Assembly: GCF_006345805.1 (NCBI RefSeq)
Contig: NC_043012.1
Location: forward strand, 39,556,001-39,620,000
Length of the DNA: 64,000 nt
Direction: 5' to 3'
Source of the DNA: Octopus sinensis
Taxonomy: Eukaryota
Part shown: positions 1 to 12,276 of the stretch, piece after piece
How the letters are laid out: each line of letters opens with the position of its first letter
Numbering within the stretch: the stretch's first letter is position 1
Notes under the pieces: model-generated
Told to the model about the DNA's origin: nothing
The model's input: only the letters and a program-made list of their open reading frames with translations
Databases searched by the model: none
Position numbers and translations under genes: made by a program

Positions 1-241
1 CTATGAGGTTTTTACGCTATCTACCTGACAATTTCTTGTTAAGTTTTCCTTATTAAGTAGTTGTCCTTAATTGCAAAATTTTTATTCCGAAAAAACTTTT
101 CCTCTCCCGAAATGCAATTGTGTAAATGTCTGCCATTCACCCGGATGTAATATATATAAACTCACTGTTGCTTCGTTGATGTTGATCAGTTAGCTGTTCG
201 GCTTAAGCGAGGCAGGGTCGTTGTTTATTTATAATACATTC

Positions 242-289
242 AGGCCTGCTGATGATTACGTAAGTATGAAATCACTGTGATACAGGCCT
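242..289 (+). ncRNA. Type I hammerhead ribozyme motif, copy 1
   Basis: AGGCCUG-CUGAUGA-U UAC GUAA GUA U-GAAA-UCAC U GUGA-UA-CAGGCCU. Stem I is 7 bp (AGGCCUG/CAGGCCU), the core CUGAUGA and GAAA is intact, stem II has a GUAA (GNRA) loop, stem III is near-palindromic (AUCAC U GUGAU) and the triplet is AUA. Predicted cut after 282. Confidence 0.75.
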
Positions 290-716
290 ATATTTTTAAA
301 TGTCTTACTTTGAAAAATTGCATTCGGTGGGATTAGTAATATTTTGTGGTAGAAATGACTGATTGTCCCTCTTAGCGTTTGGCAAGTATATATAATGCCT
401 CCTGGCATGTATGTATAATTATGCACTCTATATATAAATTAATATGTTCAATAAGAAATAATTATTTTCGAAATTTTTTCTCTTATGAGGTTTTTACGCT
501 ATCTACCTGACAATTCTGTTAAGTTTTCCTTATTAAGTAGTTGTCTTAATTGCAAAATTTTTATTCCGAAAAAACTTTTCCTCTCCCGAAATGCAATTTT
601 GTAAAAGTCTGCCATTCACCCGGATGTAATATATAAACTCACCCATGTGCTTCGTTGATGTTGATCAGTTAGCTGTTCGGTAAGCGAGCAGGGTCGTTGT
701 TTATTTATAAACATTC

Positions 717-764
717 AGGCCTGCTGATGATTACGTAAGTATGAAATCACTGTGATACAGGCCT
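717..764 (+). ncRNA. Type I hammerhead ribozyme motif, copy 2
   Basis: Same motif as 242-289. Predicted cut after 757. Confidence 0.75.
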
Positions 765-907
765 TATTTTTAATGTCTTACTTTGAAAAATTGCATTCGG
801 TGGGATTAGTAATATTTTTGGTAGAAATGACTGATTGTCCCTCTTAGCGTTTGGCAAGTATATATAATGCCTCCTGGCATGTATGTATAATTATGCCCTC
901 TATATAT

Positions 908-972
<65 letters not shown>

Positions 973-973
973 A

Positions 974-1060
<87 letters not shown>

Positions 1061-1148
1061 TATATGTATATATATATGCACACAGGTACAGGCGAATAAC
1101 GACAGGCTGCGGAACAAAGTTTATTAATCGAGGTACCCCTTGTGAAAA

Positions 1149-1254
1149 GTCATCTGACGAGACACAGCCCGACCGAAGGATGCACAATAACCAGTTGTAT
1201 AGCATCTCACTCGCCAGGAGTCGATACAAGATGGGTCGAGACGATCGTTGTGAT
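1149..1254 (+). ncRNA. Hammerhead-like motif with a long stem II insertion and a mutated core (probably inactive)
   Basis: GUCAU-CUGACGA-GAC...(~70 nt including a GAUGC/GCAUC hairpin)...GUC-GAGA(not GAAA)-CGAUCG-UU-GUGAU. Stem I is GUCAU/GUGAU and stem III is palindromic (ACGAUCGU). Confidence 0.5.
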
Positions 1255-1418
1255 TGGTAAGGAATCTCGGGAATTCCATTTTCTATTTCTCCCATTTCTT
1301 ACAAATAGCTTCAAAGTTCCTATTTTATTACGCCGGCAACAACCTATTGATGCCAACTGGCCATAGCAATCCTTTTGACGGTTGCACCGAGCTGTGCAGC
1401 TATAATGTAGGATAAATG

Positions 1419-1455
<37 letters not shown>

Positions 1456-1504
1456 GAAGAAGAAGAAGAAGAAGAAGAAGAAGAAGAAGAAGAAGAAGAA
1501 GAAC

Positions 1505-1925
1505 GATTTCAAATTTTGCCACAAGGGCAGCAATTGTGGGGGAGGTGAGGATTAGTCGATTACATCGAACCCTAGTTTTCAACCTGTACTTATTTTATCG
1601 ACTCCGACAGGAAGAAAGGTAAAGTCGACCTCGGCGGATTTTGAACTCGTTCGAAATACCGCTAAGCATTTCGTCCAGAGCGCTAACGATTCTGCCAGAT
1701 CGCCGCCATAAATATTAATAATAATCTTTTCTAGTATAGGCACAAGGCGTTAAATTTGGGGGCAAGGGGCAAGTCGATTAGATCGATCCCAGTACGCAAA
1801 TGGTACTTAATTTTTCGACCCCGAAAGGATGAAAGATAAAGTCGACGGAATTTGAACCCAGGACGTAGCGGTAGACGAAATACACAAAGCATTTCGCCCG
1901 ACATGCTAAAGTTTCTGCCAGAATA
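1505..1925 (-). mobile_element. Two adjacent copies of tRNA-headed SINE family A
   Basis: Reverse complement of the GGCGAGCTGGCAGAATCGTTAG...GAGTTCAAATTCCGCCGAGGTCGACTTTGCCTTTCATCC family found many times in the window. Confidence 0.85.
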
Positions 1926-1979
1926 AGCTGTGGGTGGAATTCACAAATATTTTAATTCGTGGATTATTATTATTACTAT

Positions 1980-2024
<45 letters not shown>

Positions 2025-2114
2025 GTTAATCCAAACATGAAAGCACAAAAAAACACAACAACGCGAGGACGTGGAACAAATATAGTATTACTGGACGCTC
2101 AGGAAAGAAAGAGG

Positions 2115-2149
2115 GTTTAACGTTTCGAGCGGAGCTCTTAGTCGGAAAC
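2115..2149 (-). ncRNA. Degenerate minimal hammerhead (copy 1 of the 191 bp element)
   Basis: Minus strand GUUU-CCGACUA-A-GAGC UCC GCUC-GAAAC-GUU-AAAC. Stems I and II and GAAAC are intact; the CUGANGA box has two substitutions. Confidence 0.55.
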
Positions 2150-2313
2150 ATAGGAGAAGGAAAGATCCAGAGAAGGGAAGACAGAGGGAAAAAAAATCGC
2201 CAGCGGTACACACGCGGTCATCCAAACATGAACAAAGAGAAAACACAACAACGTGAGGACGTGGAATACATGTAGTGTTATTGGACGCTCAGGAAAGGAA
2301 TGAAAGAAGGAGA

Positions 2314-2348
2314 ATTTCACGTTCCGAGCGGAGCTCTTCGTTAGAAAT
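2314..2348 (-). ncRNA. Degenerate minimal hammerhead (copy 2 of the 191 bp element)
   Basis: Minus strand AUUU-CUAACGA-A-GAGC UCC GCUC-GGAAC-GUG-AAAU. The core is mutated at different positions than in copy 1. Confidence 0.5.
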
Positions 2349-2428
2349 ATAGAAAAAGAGAAAAAGTCCAAAGAAGGGAAGACGGAGAAAGAAAATCACC
2401 AACGATGCACACGCGGTCACATATTGAA

Positions 2429-2501
<73 letters not shown>

Positions 2502-3429
2502 AATGCGCACCTGCTTATTTGCAAACCTACCCACGTAGCTAGTTAAATGAGTATGATTCAACTTGTTTTCTCAGGATACCTCATTACCTGTCTGCTGGAT
2601 AAACTGCCAGATTATTTACTAATATATTCCGGAAGGTATGCAAATGACAGGCAGTAATATCCCCATCTATCTACCAACCTGTACACTAACAAAATTAAAT
2701 ACTTATCCATCTGAATAACTTCATATTTCTCCTCTCCGGACCCGTTTGTTTCTCCCCCTCCCCCTCTTTCTTTCTGGTTCTCTCTTTCTCTGCCTTCAAA
2801 ATTTTGACTCCACATGAATTCATAAACTTTCGAGAGAACGTGAATTGTTTAATTTGGGGCGTGAGGGTGGTAGGGTAATGAATAGGGAATCTCGAAGCGC
2901 ATACAGCTGCAAATAATAACATAAATATTATGCTGAAAACAGCCTTTGGGATATAGAAAAAAAGTCGAAGACTGCCCGCGTGACACAAATCCTCATTTTC
3001 TGTAGAGGCAACAGTCATTCTGCCATTCCACATATGTGTGTGTGGTGTGTGTGTGTGTGTGTGTAATATATGTATGTGTATGTGTGCGCGCATGTATGCA
3101 TCACATTTGTCTTTTTTGTGTGTGTGTGGTTAAGTAGGGTAAGCAGGATCATTAAATTATCTCAAGAAGCCTAGAGAGATAATTCCGTAGAGCAAACACT
3201 TTAAAACTTTAATAAAGACTTATAGGAAATGGCGGGGTGGGGGCAACTAATAATATGATCTTTGGTAAGACTATTACAAACCGCCGACATTATTAGACCA
3301 AGACAGAGAAGTGTAGAGTTTTACTAGGGCTGGCCTTACACGAGTCAGAAACATTTTAAGATTTTTCGTAAATCAACAGTGACAGGAATCACTACTTAAA
3401 ACAGTGATTGCTGACATTTTTTATGTATT

Positions 3430-3611
3430 CTTTTATTACGTTACTTGTTTCAACACTTGACTGCTGCCATGCTGGAGCACCACCTTCAGTCGAACAAATC
3501 GACCCCTGGACGTATTCTTTGTAAGCCCAGTACTTATTGTATCGGTCTCTTTTGCCGAAACTTTGTTTCGGTGACGTAAATACACCAGCATCGGTCGTCA
3601 AGCGATGGCAG

Positions 3612-3701
<90 letters not shown>

Positions 3702-3860
3702 GACAGGCTTCTTTCAGTTTCCGTCTACCAAATCCATTCACAAAGCTTTGGTCAACTCGAGGCTATAGTTGAAGACACTAGCCCAAGGTGCCATGAAGTG
3801 GGACTGAACCTGGATCCATGTGGTTGGGAAGCAAGCTTTTGGCCACACAGCCTGCGCCTG
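3430..3860 (-). mobile_element. tRNA-headed SINE family B with internal (CA)n/(TA)n
   Basis: Minus-strand head AGGCGCAGGCTGTGTGG...CAGTCCCAC and tail GGTGCTCCAGCATGGC; the same family recurs at 5637, 12692 and 53641. Confidence 0.85.
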
Positions 3861-5636
3861 AAATTCTAAATGAACCTACCCACTCTATTAACAGATATAT
3901 GAGTGCATTTTCCTGATCTATAGACCCTTAAACGACTTGTGTGTGTATATATATAGTGGGGGAGGATGTGCCTTGTTTCTTCAAACTGGTCTGGTTAATA
4001 AATGTTGCAGCCACAAGCTTCAACAAGAAGTAGGAACTAGTGGATAGTTGAGCAGACTTCTCCAGACTAAAAATATGTACAACTATAAGAACACATCGTG
4101 TTTCATTTCGAAACCTCTTCATAAACATTCAAATTTAATGTTGGTTTGATCCCGTTGATAGAAACTTAATACTTTCTAAACAGAAAATATGCTTGTGACT
4201 GCAGAGTTTCGCCAAAGTGTGAAATTGTGAAAGTGTGAAAATGAAAAACCGGAAGATGTTTGCAAAGGAGATTTTAAAAAGTATATGAGAAACTAGAAAA
4301 AATAGTAAGATCAAATTGAAACTTGTGGAAACAGATTATCGTGATTTAGCAACACAATTCGACAACCTAGATGGAGTTGTGGAGATATAGACGAAGTAAT
4401 CGTAATCCCAATGCGGAAAACTTGTTATAGGGTTCAAATCAAAGTAAGGGACTAAAGTAAAAGCTAATTGGTGCAGGAAGGGTCAAGTTATAGAATAAAT
4501 ATAAATTTAGTAAATGATTTAAAGTATAGCTGAGAAAGGTTAGCTGCTGGCTTGTACGTCTAGCAGACTGATTATTAATGAATACTGTTGTGATATTCAA
4601 GGATGTAAAATTAGATATTTAACATGACATTTAAAGTGGTAAGAAAGGTCGGAGTAATTCAACTAACAGACAGACGTAATTATTTTTCATTTCTAAAAAA
4701 CCTTAAGTGATTAAAAATGGGTAATTAAATCGAGATATATGCAACTATCGTTAGAGCCAAATTAAAAGTTCCGGCATTTGGCAATGGAAGTCGATTTAGC
4801 TATAAAAAGCCTAAGCTATTAACACATATAAAGGCAATTTAATTCCGTGCGCTGTTCCTATGTATTATACACGTTACATACACAAGTACATCCAACACTT
4901 TCCTATTCATATACAAAGATATATAGAAATATATAGTTGCAACACACGAATTCACATCAAGAACCTTGCAAAGCAAATGCAAAAACATGTACTCTGTCTC
5001 CATCTCACACACGCGCGCGCGCATATATATATAGATATGTTTGTGTGTGTGGTGTGTGTGTGTGTGTGTGTGTGTATGTATATATGTATATCAGTGCTAC
5101 AAATGAAAACAAGCAACCCATGTTCATTTCTCTCCCCCATCTCTCTCACTCACTCATATACGTATATATGTATGTGTGTGATCTGGTTTTATATACATAC
5201 ATGTATACACACCCATACATACTTATATAAAGCACTTTGGATTTTGAGGACCTACCTCAGAGATATTAAGTCATTAAGGCAATTCCAGATTGCATTACAT
5301 TATAGAGTTCCGCTAAATTCCTCTCGCAAGGAATGTTTCGTGGTCTTTCTGTTGCTGCTTTAGTTGTTTATCCACCGCTTGAACTTTACTTTATGGCACC
5401 TATGATCAAAGACCTTTCAACCATGACACTTCACTCCCGTTTCTGCGACTTTAGTGTGATATGAAGAAGATTTAGTTCTTATATTTAGAAGGTCAAGTGA
5501 AGATATTTATGTTGCCTCACTAATCCGCCTTCTCCAACGCCTGTCTGCTAATCTGACATATATAGTTTTAAAATACTTTAAATGACATTATCTATGCAAA
5601 TTTTTGGTAATATTTCGCCCACTGGCGTTTTAAAAC

Positions 5637-6010
5637 GGGCGTTGCTGTGTGGTAAGAAGCTTGCTTCACAGCCACATGATTCCGGGATCAGTCCCACCGC
5701 CTGACACCTTGGACAAATTTCTAGGGCCAACCAAATCCTTGTGAGTGAATTTGGTAGATGGAAACTATAAGAAGCCCGCCGTGTATATGTGCGAGTGCAC
5801 ATATGTATGTCTGTGTTTGTCCGTCTACCTACCCCAACGCTTCACAACCGATTTTCATCTGTTCACATCCCCGTAATTTAGCGGTTCGGTAAAATAGATT
5901 GATAGAAAAAGTACCAGTCTTAAAAATAACACTGGGGTCGATTCATTCGACAAAATTTCCCAAGGCGATGCCCTAGCATGTCCGCAGTCTGAAACAAGTA
6001 TAAGATAAAA
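5637..6010 (+). mobile_element. SINE family B, degenerate
   Basis: GCTGTGTGGTAAGAAGCTTGCTT...GATTTGGTAGA-type body ending in ...AGCATGTCCGCAGTC...GAAACAAGTA. Confidence 0.8.
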
Positions 6011-6336
6011 GCTATATATATACACACACACAAAAACACTCACACGTATGTATACATATACACACACACAAGCACACACACGCGTATGTATACACACACA
6101 CACACACACACACAAACATGACAGAAGTAAATGGACACAAATGCAATCATTAAAATTTATTTAAATGTGAAATTATACAATCAAATTATTAATTGTTATA
6201 AATTGTAACGTGAATATTTCATATTTAGTTCACATGCCTTTTGCATTTTTAATGCAAGGATCCTATAAGACATACCACTGATCAGATGACAAATATTCTC
6301 ATTCTCTTGCGGAATTTCTTGCTAAGATTCATGCAG

Positions 6337-6338
6337 TA

Positions 6339-6372
<34 letters not shown>

Positions 6373-6566
6373 ATATACATATATATAATTATATATGTGT
6401 ATACATACATGCATATATATATATATGTATGTATATATGTGTATACATACATATATATATGCATGTATGTATATATGTATATATGTATGTATATCTGTGT
6501 ATATATATATGTATATGTACATATATGTATATATGTGTATATATACATATATATGTATATGTGTAC

Positions 6567-6604
<38 letters not shown>

Positions 6605-6853
6605 ATATGTATATATATATATATATGTATATATATACACATATATTTATATGTATATATGTGTATATATACATATATATATATATGTATATATGTGTAT
6701 CTATATATATATATATACATATATATATATCTATATGTATGTATATATGTGTATATATATACATATATATATATATAGATGTATGTATATATGTGTAAAT
6801 ATATATACATATATATATATGTGTGTTTATATACGTGAGTATATACACATAGA

Positions 6854-6918
<65 letters not shown>

Positions 6919-6920
6919 TT
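6337..6920. repeat. Compound (TA)n/(TATG)n microsatellite
   Basis: Directly visible; it explains the long Y/I-rich ORFs here. Confidence 0.95.
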
Positions 6921-6927
6921 GTATAGC

Positions 6928-7420
6928 ATGTCATCCACTGAGCCACTTCCTTGTGGACATAATCAATCAATTAGCAGGAATGTCAACATCGTACGTGAAG
7001 AATTCCACCCACTTCAAAGAATTGATCAAGGATACCCCCATTGAATCCAACTAGATGGTGTGTCTAGATGTGATAAGCCTATTCACCAAAGTCCCAACTG
7101 GTGAATCAAGAAAAACTAGTGACAGACACCCATCTAAAAGAACGCACTAGTACACCAAGGAGAATTTTGACTGAAATGTTGACCTTCTGTGTAGAAACTA
7201 CTTACTTCAATATCGACAAAAGAGGGGTTAGCTATTGGTTCGCCATTATCACCGATAATAGCCAATATATATGTGTAATACTTTGAGAATTAGGCTCTAG
7301 GATCAACACCACTAAAACCAACCCTTTGGCTGCGATAGGTTGATGACACCTTTATACTCTGGCCCCACCAGGAAGGTGTCCAAGTGCTGTTAGATCATGT
7401 GACCTCAGTAAAGCTATCCA
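6928..7420 (+). pseudogene. Penelope-like element reverse transcriptase relic
   Basis: Translates as [11 protein letters not shown]...STSYVKNSTHFKELI...MVCLDVISLFTKVP...GLAIGSPLSPIIANIYV*YFEN...PLKPTLWLR*VDDTFILWPHQEGVQVLLDHV. These match PLE RT motifs (SxVKNS, DVxSLFTxVP, GSPLSP, WxRYVDD), with stops and frameshifts. Confidence 0.9.
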
Positions 7421-7446
7421 TAATGATAATTATAATAATAATAATA

Positions 7447-8005
7447 AATGCCCTGATGCAGTACCAGACAGTGGCTCTCATGGCTTCTGATCTTAACTGA
7501 TTGGAAGTGTTATCATGTACATTGTTTTGTCTTGGTATAAAAGATGGGCTACGAAAATATTCTGCTCAATACCACAGATTTGCTTGTCAGTTGTTTGATC
7601 TTAACCAGTTGAGCATGTCCCTTAGTGGCTGACAATATGTGCATCTCTGATCACGTCCAGAAATAGTGGAGGAGCATCATAGCCGTGTGTTGAAAGGAAT
7701 TCTTAGGGGTTTGGATAATTCACCTTTGGAAACATGAGCGGTTCTTTCAATATCCTTAAACAACCCTTATTCAGGGACCTTTTGAGCGGGATGGGCTACT
7801 CAACCTGAAGAAAATTCTCACTGGGCCACACCTGCAAGGTCATGTGCTGTTTATCTTGATATGAGATCACCATGTCGCGCACATATGGTTGTGATGCATG
7901 TGCCTGGTGTACCCTTATCAGACGGGTAGTCATGATGGGTATATTGGGCTTGGTATATTTTACGCTCGTGTCACTTTGATGGCATGCACTGCTCTCTAAA
8001 TCAAT
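7447..8005 (+). mobile_element. ~560 bp non-coding interspersed repeat embedded in (AAT)n tracts (retroposon-like)
   Basis: A second, inverted and diverged copy lies at 10183-10770 and a fragment at ~11120-11160. Both full copies are bounded by AAT/ATT runs. Orientation is assigned arbitrarily. Confidence 0.75.
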
Positions 8006-8029
8006 AATAATAATAATAATAACAACAAC

Positions 8030-8170
8030 AACATCGAAAAATTCCTTAGGAATGAGGACCTAGGTTCGAAATTTCCCCAAGACACCTGATGAAGGCTGGA
8101 GGGTATATCAGCCGAAACGTTGTGTTAACAAACAAGATGAGGACACAATCCGTCAAAATGTAAATAATGT
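8030..8170 (+). mobile_element. Penelope pseudo-LTR-like fragment containing a hammerhead
   Basis: Non-coding segment between two PLE RT relics, with an intact minimal HHR typical of PLE pseudo-LTRs. Confidence 0.6.
8081..8126 (+). ncRNA. Minimal type I hammerhead ribozyme with intact core
   Basis: GACAC-CUGAUGA-A-GGCUG GAGGGUAUAU CAGCC-GAAAC-GUU-GUGUU. Stem I is GACAC/GUGUU, stem II is 5 bp, stem III is the palindrome AACGUU and the triplet is GUU. Predicted cut after 8121. Confidence 0.85.
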
Positions 8171-8343
8171 ATATATATTGTACTTTCAGAACAGAACTGT
8201 GGCCATGCTGGGCCACCGCCGTTTTGCTACACTTATTACTGAGAGCTTCCAGTGACATTTGGTGAATAAGGGAGTTTGATATGGCTCAAAAACACACACA
8301 CACACAAATGTACTCACGAACATACATGATTAGTCATATATAT

Positions 8344-8375
<32 letters not shown>

Positions 8376-8499
8376 GATATATATATATATATATATATAA
8401 TATATATATATATAATTATATAAATACACATCTACTTACTCATTATGACATATACGCCCCAACGTATGTTCCTCAAGTTACATCAAACAACCGTTGGCC

Positions 8500-9700
8500 A
8501 TCATGTTTAACTGGAAAAGAATTGTACAATAGCTAAGACTTTCTAGCATGCATACCGTATTAACGTCAGAATCGCTAATTAACTTAAGAGCTTATGATCA
8601 TAAAAATTCGTTAGAAGTTTTATTAAAATTAATGATTCTGACATTAATTTATTAAGCATTGTAGGAAATCTGAGCCATGTTACGATAATTATTTTGGGAG
8701 ATTAAATATAATGGCTACGGATTTTTTATTGTAGTCATGGGATCTTACGAGGGAACTGAGCTTTGTGAATTGATAGGACTGTACATTTTAGACTTACGTT
8801 AGAAGAAACCGGTATTTTACGTGATGCCGGATTACACATTTTGTTAAGTATGAATGAAAAGCCACAGTGATATGAAGGAGTTCAAGAAAATATCCAAAGA
8901 ATAAGATTTAAGCATCACATTAAACAAATTTAAGTTTGGTTAATCTCCAGCATAAAATTTAGATTTAATTTGTGGTGAAAGCTGTCTATATACTAAATCT
9001 AATGAAATTCGCTGCATAGTAATATGAATTGCAATCATCTCCGAATAATCCTTGGAAACTTAATAATATCAACTGCATATTCAGTTTATGTCCTGAGGGA
9101 AAACGCTTTTACGGTGCTGTTCATTATTACGATGACACATTAGAAAAGAGTGGTTTTAAAAATAGAACAACACTAATACACTTGAACGAAACAAGTAGGA
9201 AGCACAATAATATGCAGCCTATTCCTCCACATAGTTTAAATGTCTAACTTAATATAGAAAGGGTTTTCCAAAACTTTATCAACAAACATTTTTTCTTAGA
9301 CCTTATATGTTATATGATCTTTAACAGATATAACGTTAAGATGAGCTACTCTTGCACCGAAAACGGAAGGACGCTGTACAGTACGAAGACCAAAATAACT
9401 CTCTTTGTAATTTCAACAGCCTTGTATATCTTTGCCTTCTCAATGAAATGTGTCTTGCTAAAGATTTGTTTATCGACCTCAGATCATAGCTGGACAAAAC
9501 GTTATAGCGGGTTTGCTGAAAATTCCTTTAGTAAGATTCTTGCAAGTAATTATCGTCATGAAGAAATAACTAATAATACCTAACAGACAATCCAAATCTA
9601 TTTGAAGGATGAAAACATTAAGAATAATAAATTGTTTGATCCATTTTAGAACAAGACATCCTTTGCACCAAAAGCTCCGTTATTTTTTTTTCTCAGTCAC
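8500..9700 (+). pseudogene. Second Penelope-like element ORF relic (different clade, heavily decayed)
   Basis: VMGSYEGTELCELIGLYIL (PLE MGSYDGAExCELVGLYIL), GILRDAGL (GLYRDDGL), RKHNNMQPIPPHSLNV...FINKHF (RKRNIIWFNPPxSxNV...IDKHF) and IFNRYNVKMSYSC (KIFNRNxVKxSYSC). Confidence 0.85.
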
Positions 9701-10139
9701 GAAAACACATTAGTATCGAGAACAAGTACAACGCCATATTATAATATCTTGCAATTTTGTACAAATGATCAGAATTGGTTAATTTTTACAAACACTTACA
9801 CCAACAAATTACCAACGAACTTAAATGGCCGATTTTCCATAATATGGATTTGAAAGATACTATGAAATCGTCATACACTGATAGAATACTTACGTGCTCA
9901 TCAATGCTGAAAATGCATTGTGTATTTTACACATATGATACTGAATCCTGAAACTATCTCTAGTTGGTCATGAAAATTTATGAATACTTAGTGTATCCTT
10001 TATATGACGATTGAATATTTTGCATTTTCTCACAGTTTTTCTGGCAGTCAATATAATCACGATCATTAATCAAACTTGGACGAAGCACGCAGAGCATTTT
10101 ACTCAGCGAGCGAACGATTCTGCCAGCTCACCGCCTCCA

Positions 10140-10182
<43 letters not shown>

Positions 10183-10770
10183 GAGTGAGTGAGTGAAAGA
10201 TCAGCGCATGTTATCAAAGTGGATCTAATGTACAAATATATGAAGCCCAATATACCTGTCGTAACTACCCGTCTGATAAGGCACCTGCACCACAACCATA
10301 TCTGCACGACAACCATATCTGCACGACAACCATATCTGCACGAGTGATTTCATATCAAGATAAACAGCGCGTTATCTTGCAGGTGGAACCCAGTTATAAT
10401 TTTCTTCAGATCGAGTTGCCCAGCCTGCTCAAAAGATCCCTGATAAGAGTTAAGGATGTTGAAAACGACACCCATGCTTCCAGAGGTGAATTATTCAAAC
10501 TCCAAAGCTTTCCTCTCAATACATGGCTATAGTGCTCCTCCACTACTCCTGCTCGTGGTCAGAGATGCACATATCGTCAGCCACTAAGGGACATGGTCAA
10601 CTGCTTAAGTCAAACAACTGACAAGCAAATCTGTGGTATTGAGCAAAATATTTTCGTAGCCCATCTTTTATACCAAGGCAAAACGATGTACATGATAATA
10701 ATAATACTTTCAAATAGTTTAGATCAGAAGCCACGAGATCCACTGCCTGGTACTGCTTTAGGGCATATTA
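10183..10770 (-). mobile_element. Inverted copy of the ~560 bp (AAT)n-embedded repeat
   Basis: Reverse complement of 7447-8005. It contains a local triplication of the 17-mer ACAACCATATCTGCACG at ~10292-10342. Confidence 0.75.
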
Positions 10771-10804
10771 CTGCATCAGGGTATCATCATCATCATCATC
10801 ATCA

Positions 10805-10856
<52 letters not shown>

Positions 10857-10904
10857 CATTATTATCATCATTATCATTATTATTATTATTATCATCATTA
10901 TTAT

Positions 10905-10980
<76 letters not shown>

Positions 10981-11674
10981 TGATAATAATAATAATAATT
11001 TCTACTGGAAGCAAAAGACCTCAAACTTGGGAGATAGCAGTAAGTCAATTACATCGACCCCAGTGTGTAACTGTTACTTAATTTATCGACTCCGAAAGGA
11101 TGGAAGGCAAAGGCAAAGCATGTGCCTTATCAGGCGGGTAGTTACGACGGGTATATGTACATCGTTATTCGATGTTGGATCGGCAGAATCAGACAAGGGA
11201 GACAATACCTTGGGACATTACCAGCTTTTTACGTTTCGAGTTCAAATTTTGTCGAGGTCAAGTTTGTCTGTCTTCCCTTTGAGGACATTAAGATAAGTTC
11301 CAGTTGAACACCGATTTCAATATGATCGACAACCACTTCTACAAATGTACTGATTTTGTACTAAAATTTTAAAAATATTATATGCAGAAGAATGCATAAA
11401 CATATTTATATATGCATATTTGTGTATAAACATGAGTGTGTGGATGTTTATACTATATATGATGTATGGTTGTATATATGAACAGCCAGTATTCTGAATT
11501 GGAGAAGACTTGCACGAATGAACGCTGCTCTACTGAGATACCAGTAAACATACTTTCTCGTACTTCTGACAGTAGAACATTCAACAAGTAGCATCTGGTG
11601 CTAGGCAGAGCAAAACCAATATCAAGCACGCACGAAAGCGTACACACAAACACACACAAATACATACGTATATT

Positions 11675-11734
<60 letters not shown>

Positions 11735-11780
11735 ATATTTTTTTTTTTTTTATTTTTTTATTTATATTTATATATGTATG

Positions 11781-11812
<32 letters not shown>

Positions 11813-11917
11813 GTATGTACATATATTTATATTTATATTTATATATGTATGTATGTATGTATGTATATATATTTATATATTATGTATGTATATGTATATA
11901 TAGGTATATACACATAA

Positions 11918-11982
<65 letters not shown>

Positions 11983-12160
11983 ATATATATATATACATAC
12001 ATTTACTCCTTTACTCGCTTCATCCTTGCGGCAGGGATATATGCTTTCCAGGTAGCTTACACTTAATTCTATTTTTGACACCCTCTACCTGTTCACCTCT
12101 ATAGTCATGGACTTACCTGACTGTACTCTCTACCTACCTGTGTGCCTGTATGTCTGCGTC

Positions 12161-12214
<54 letters not shown>

Positions 12215-12224
12215 ATATATATAA

Positions 12225-12276
<52 letters not shown>

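Larger units (their letters stand above)
1..908 (+). repeat. Tandem duplication of a ~475-482 bp non-coding unit, each copy carrying a hammerhead ribozyme (Penelope pseudo-LTR or retrozyme-like)
   Basis: ATGAGGTTTTTACGCTATCTACCTGAC starts at 3 and again at 485. The copies align along their length with small indels, and the second copy ends in a (TA)n tract at ~908. The first copy starts at the window edge, so the array may extend upstream. Confidence 0.9.
2030..2420 (-). repeat. Tandem pair of a ~191 bp non-coding element, each with a degenerate minimal hammerhead on the minus strand
   Basis: TCCAAACATGA at 2030 and 2221; both copies end in CACACGCGGTCA. The copies are clearly diverged, so this is an old duplication. 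Confidence 0.85.
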
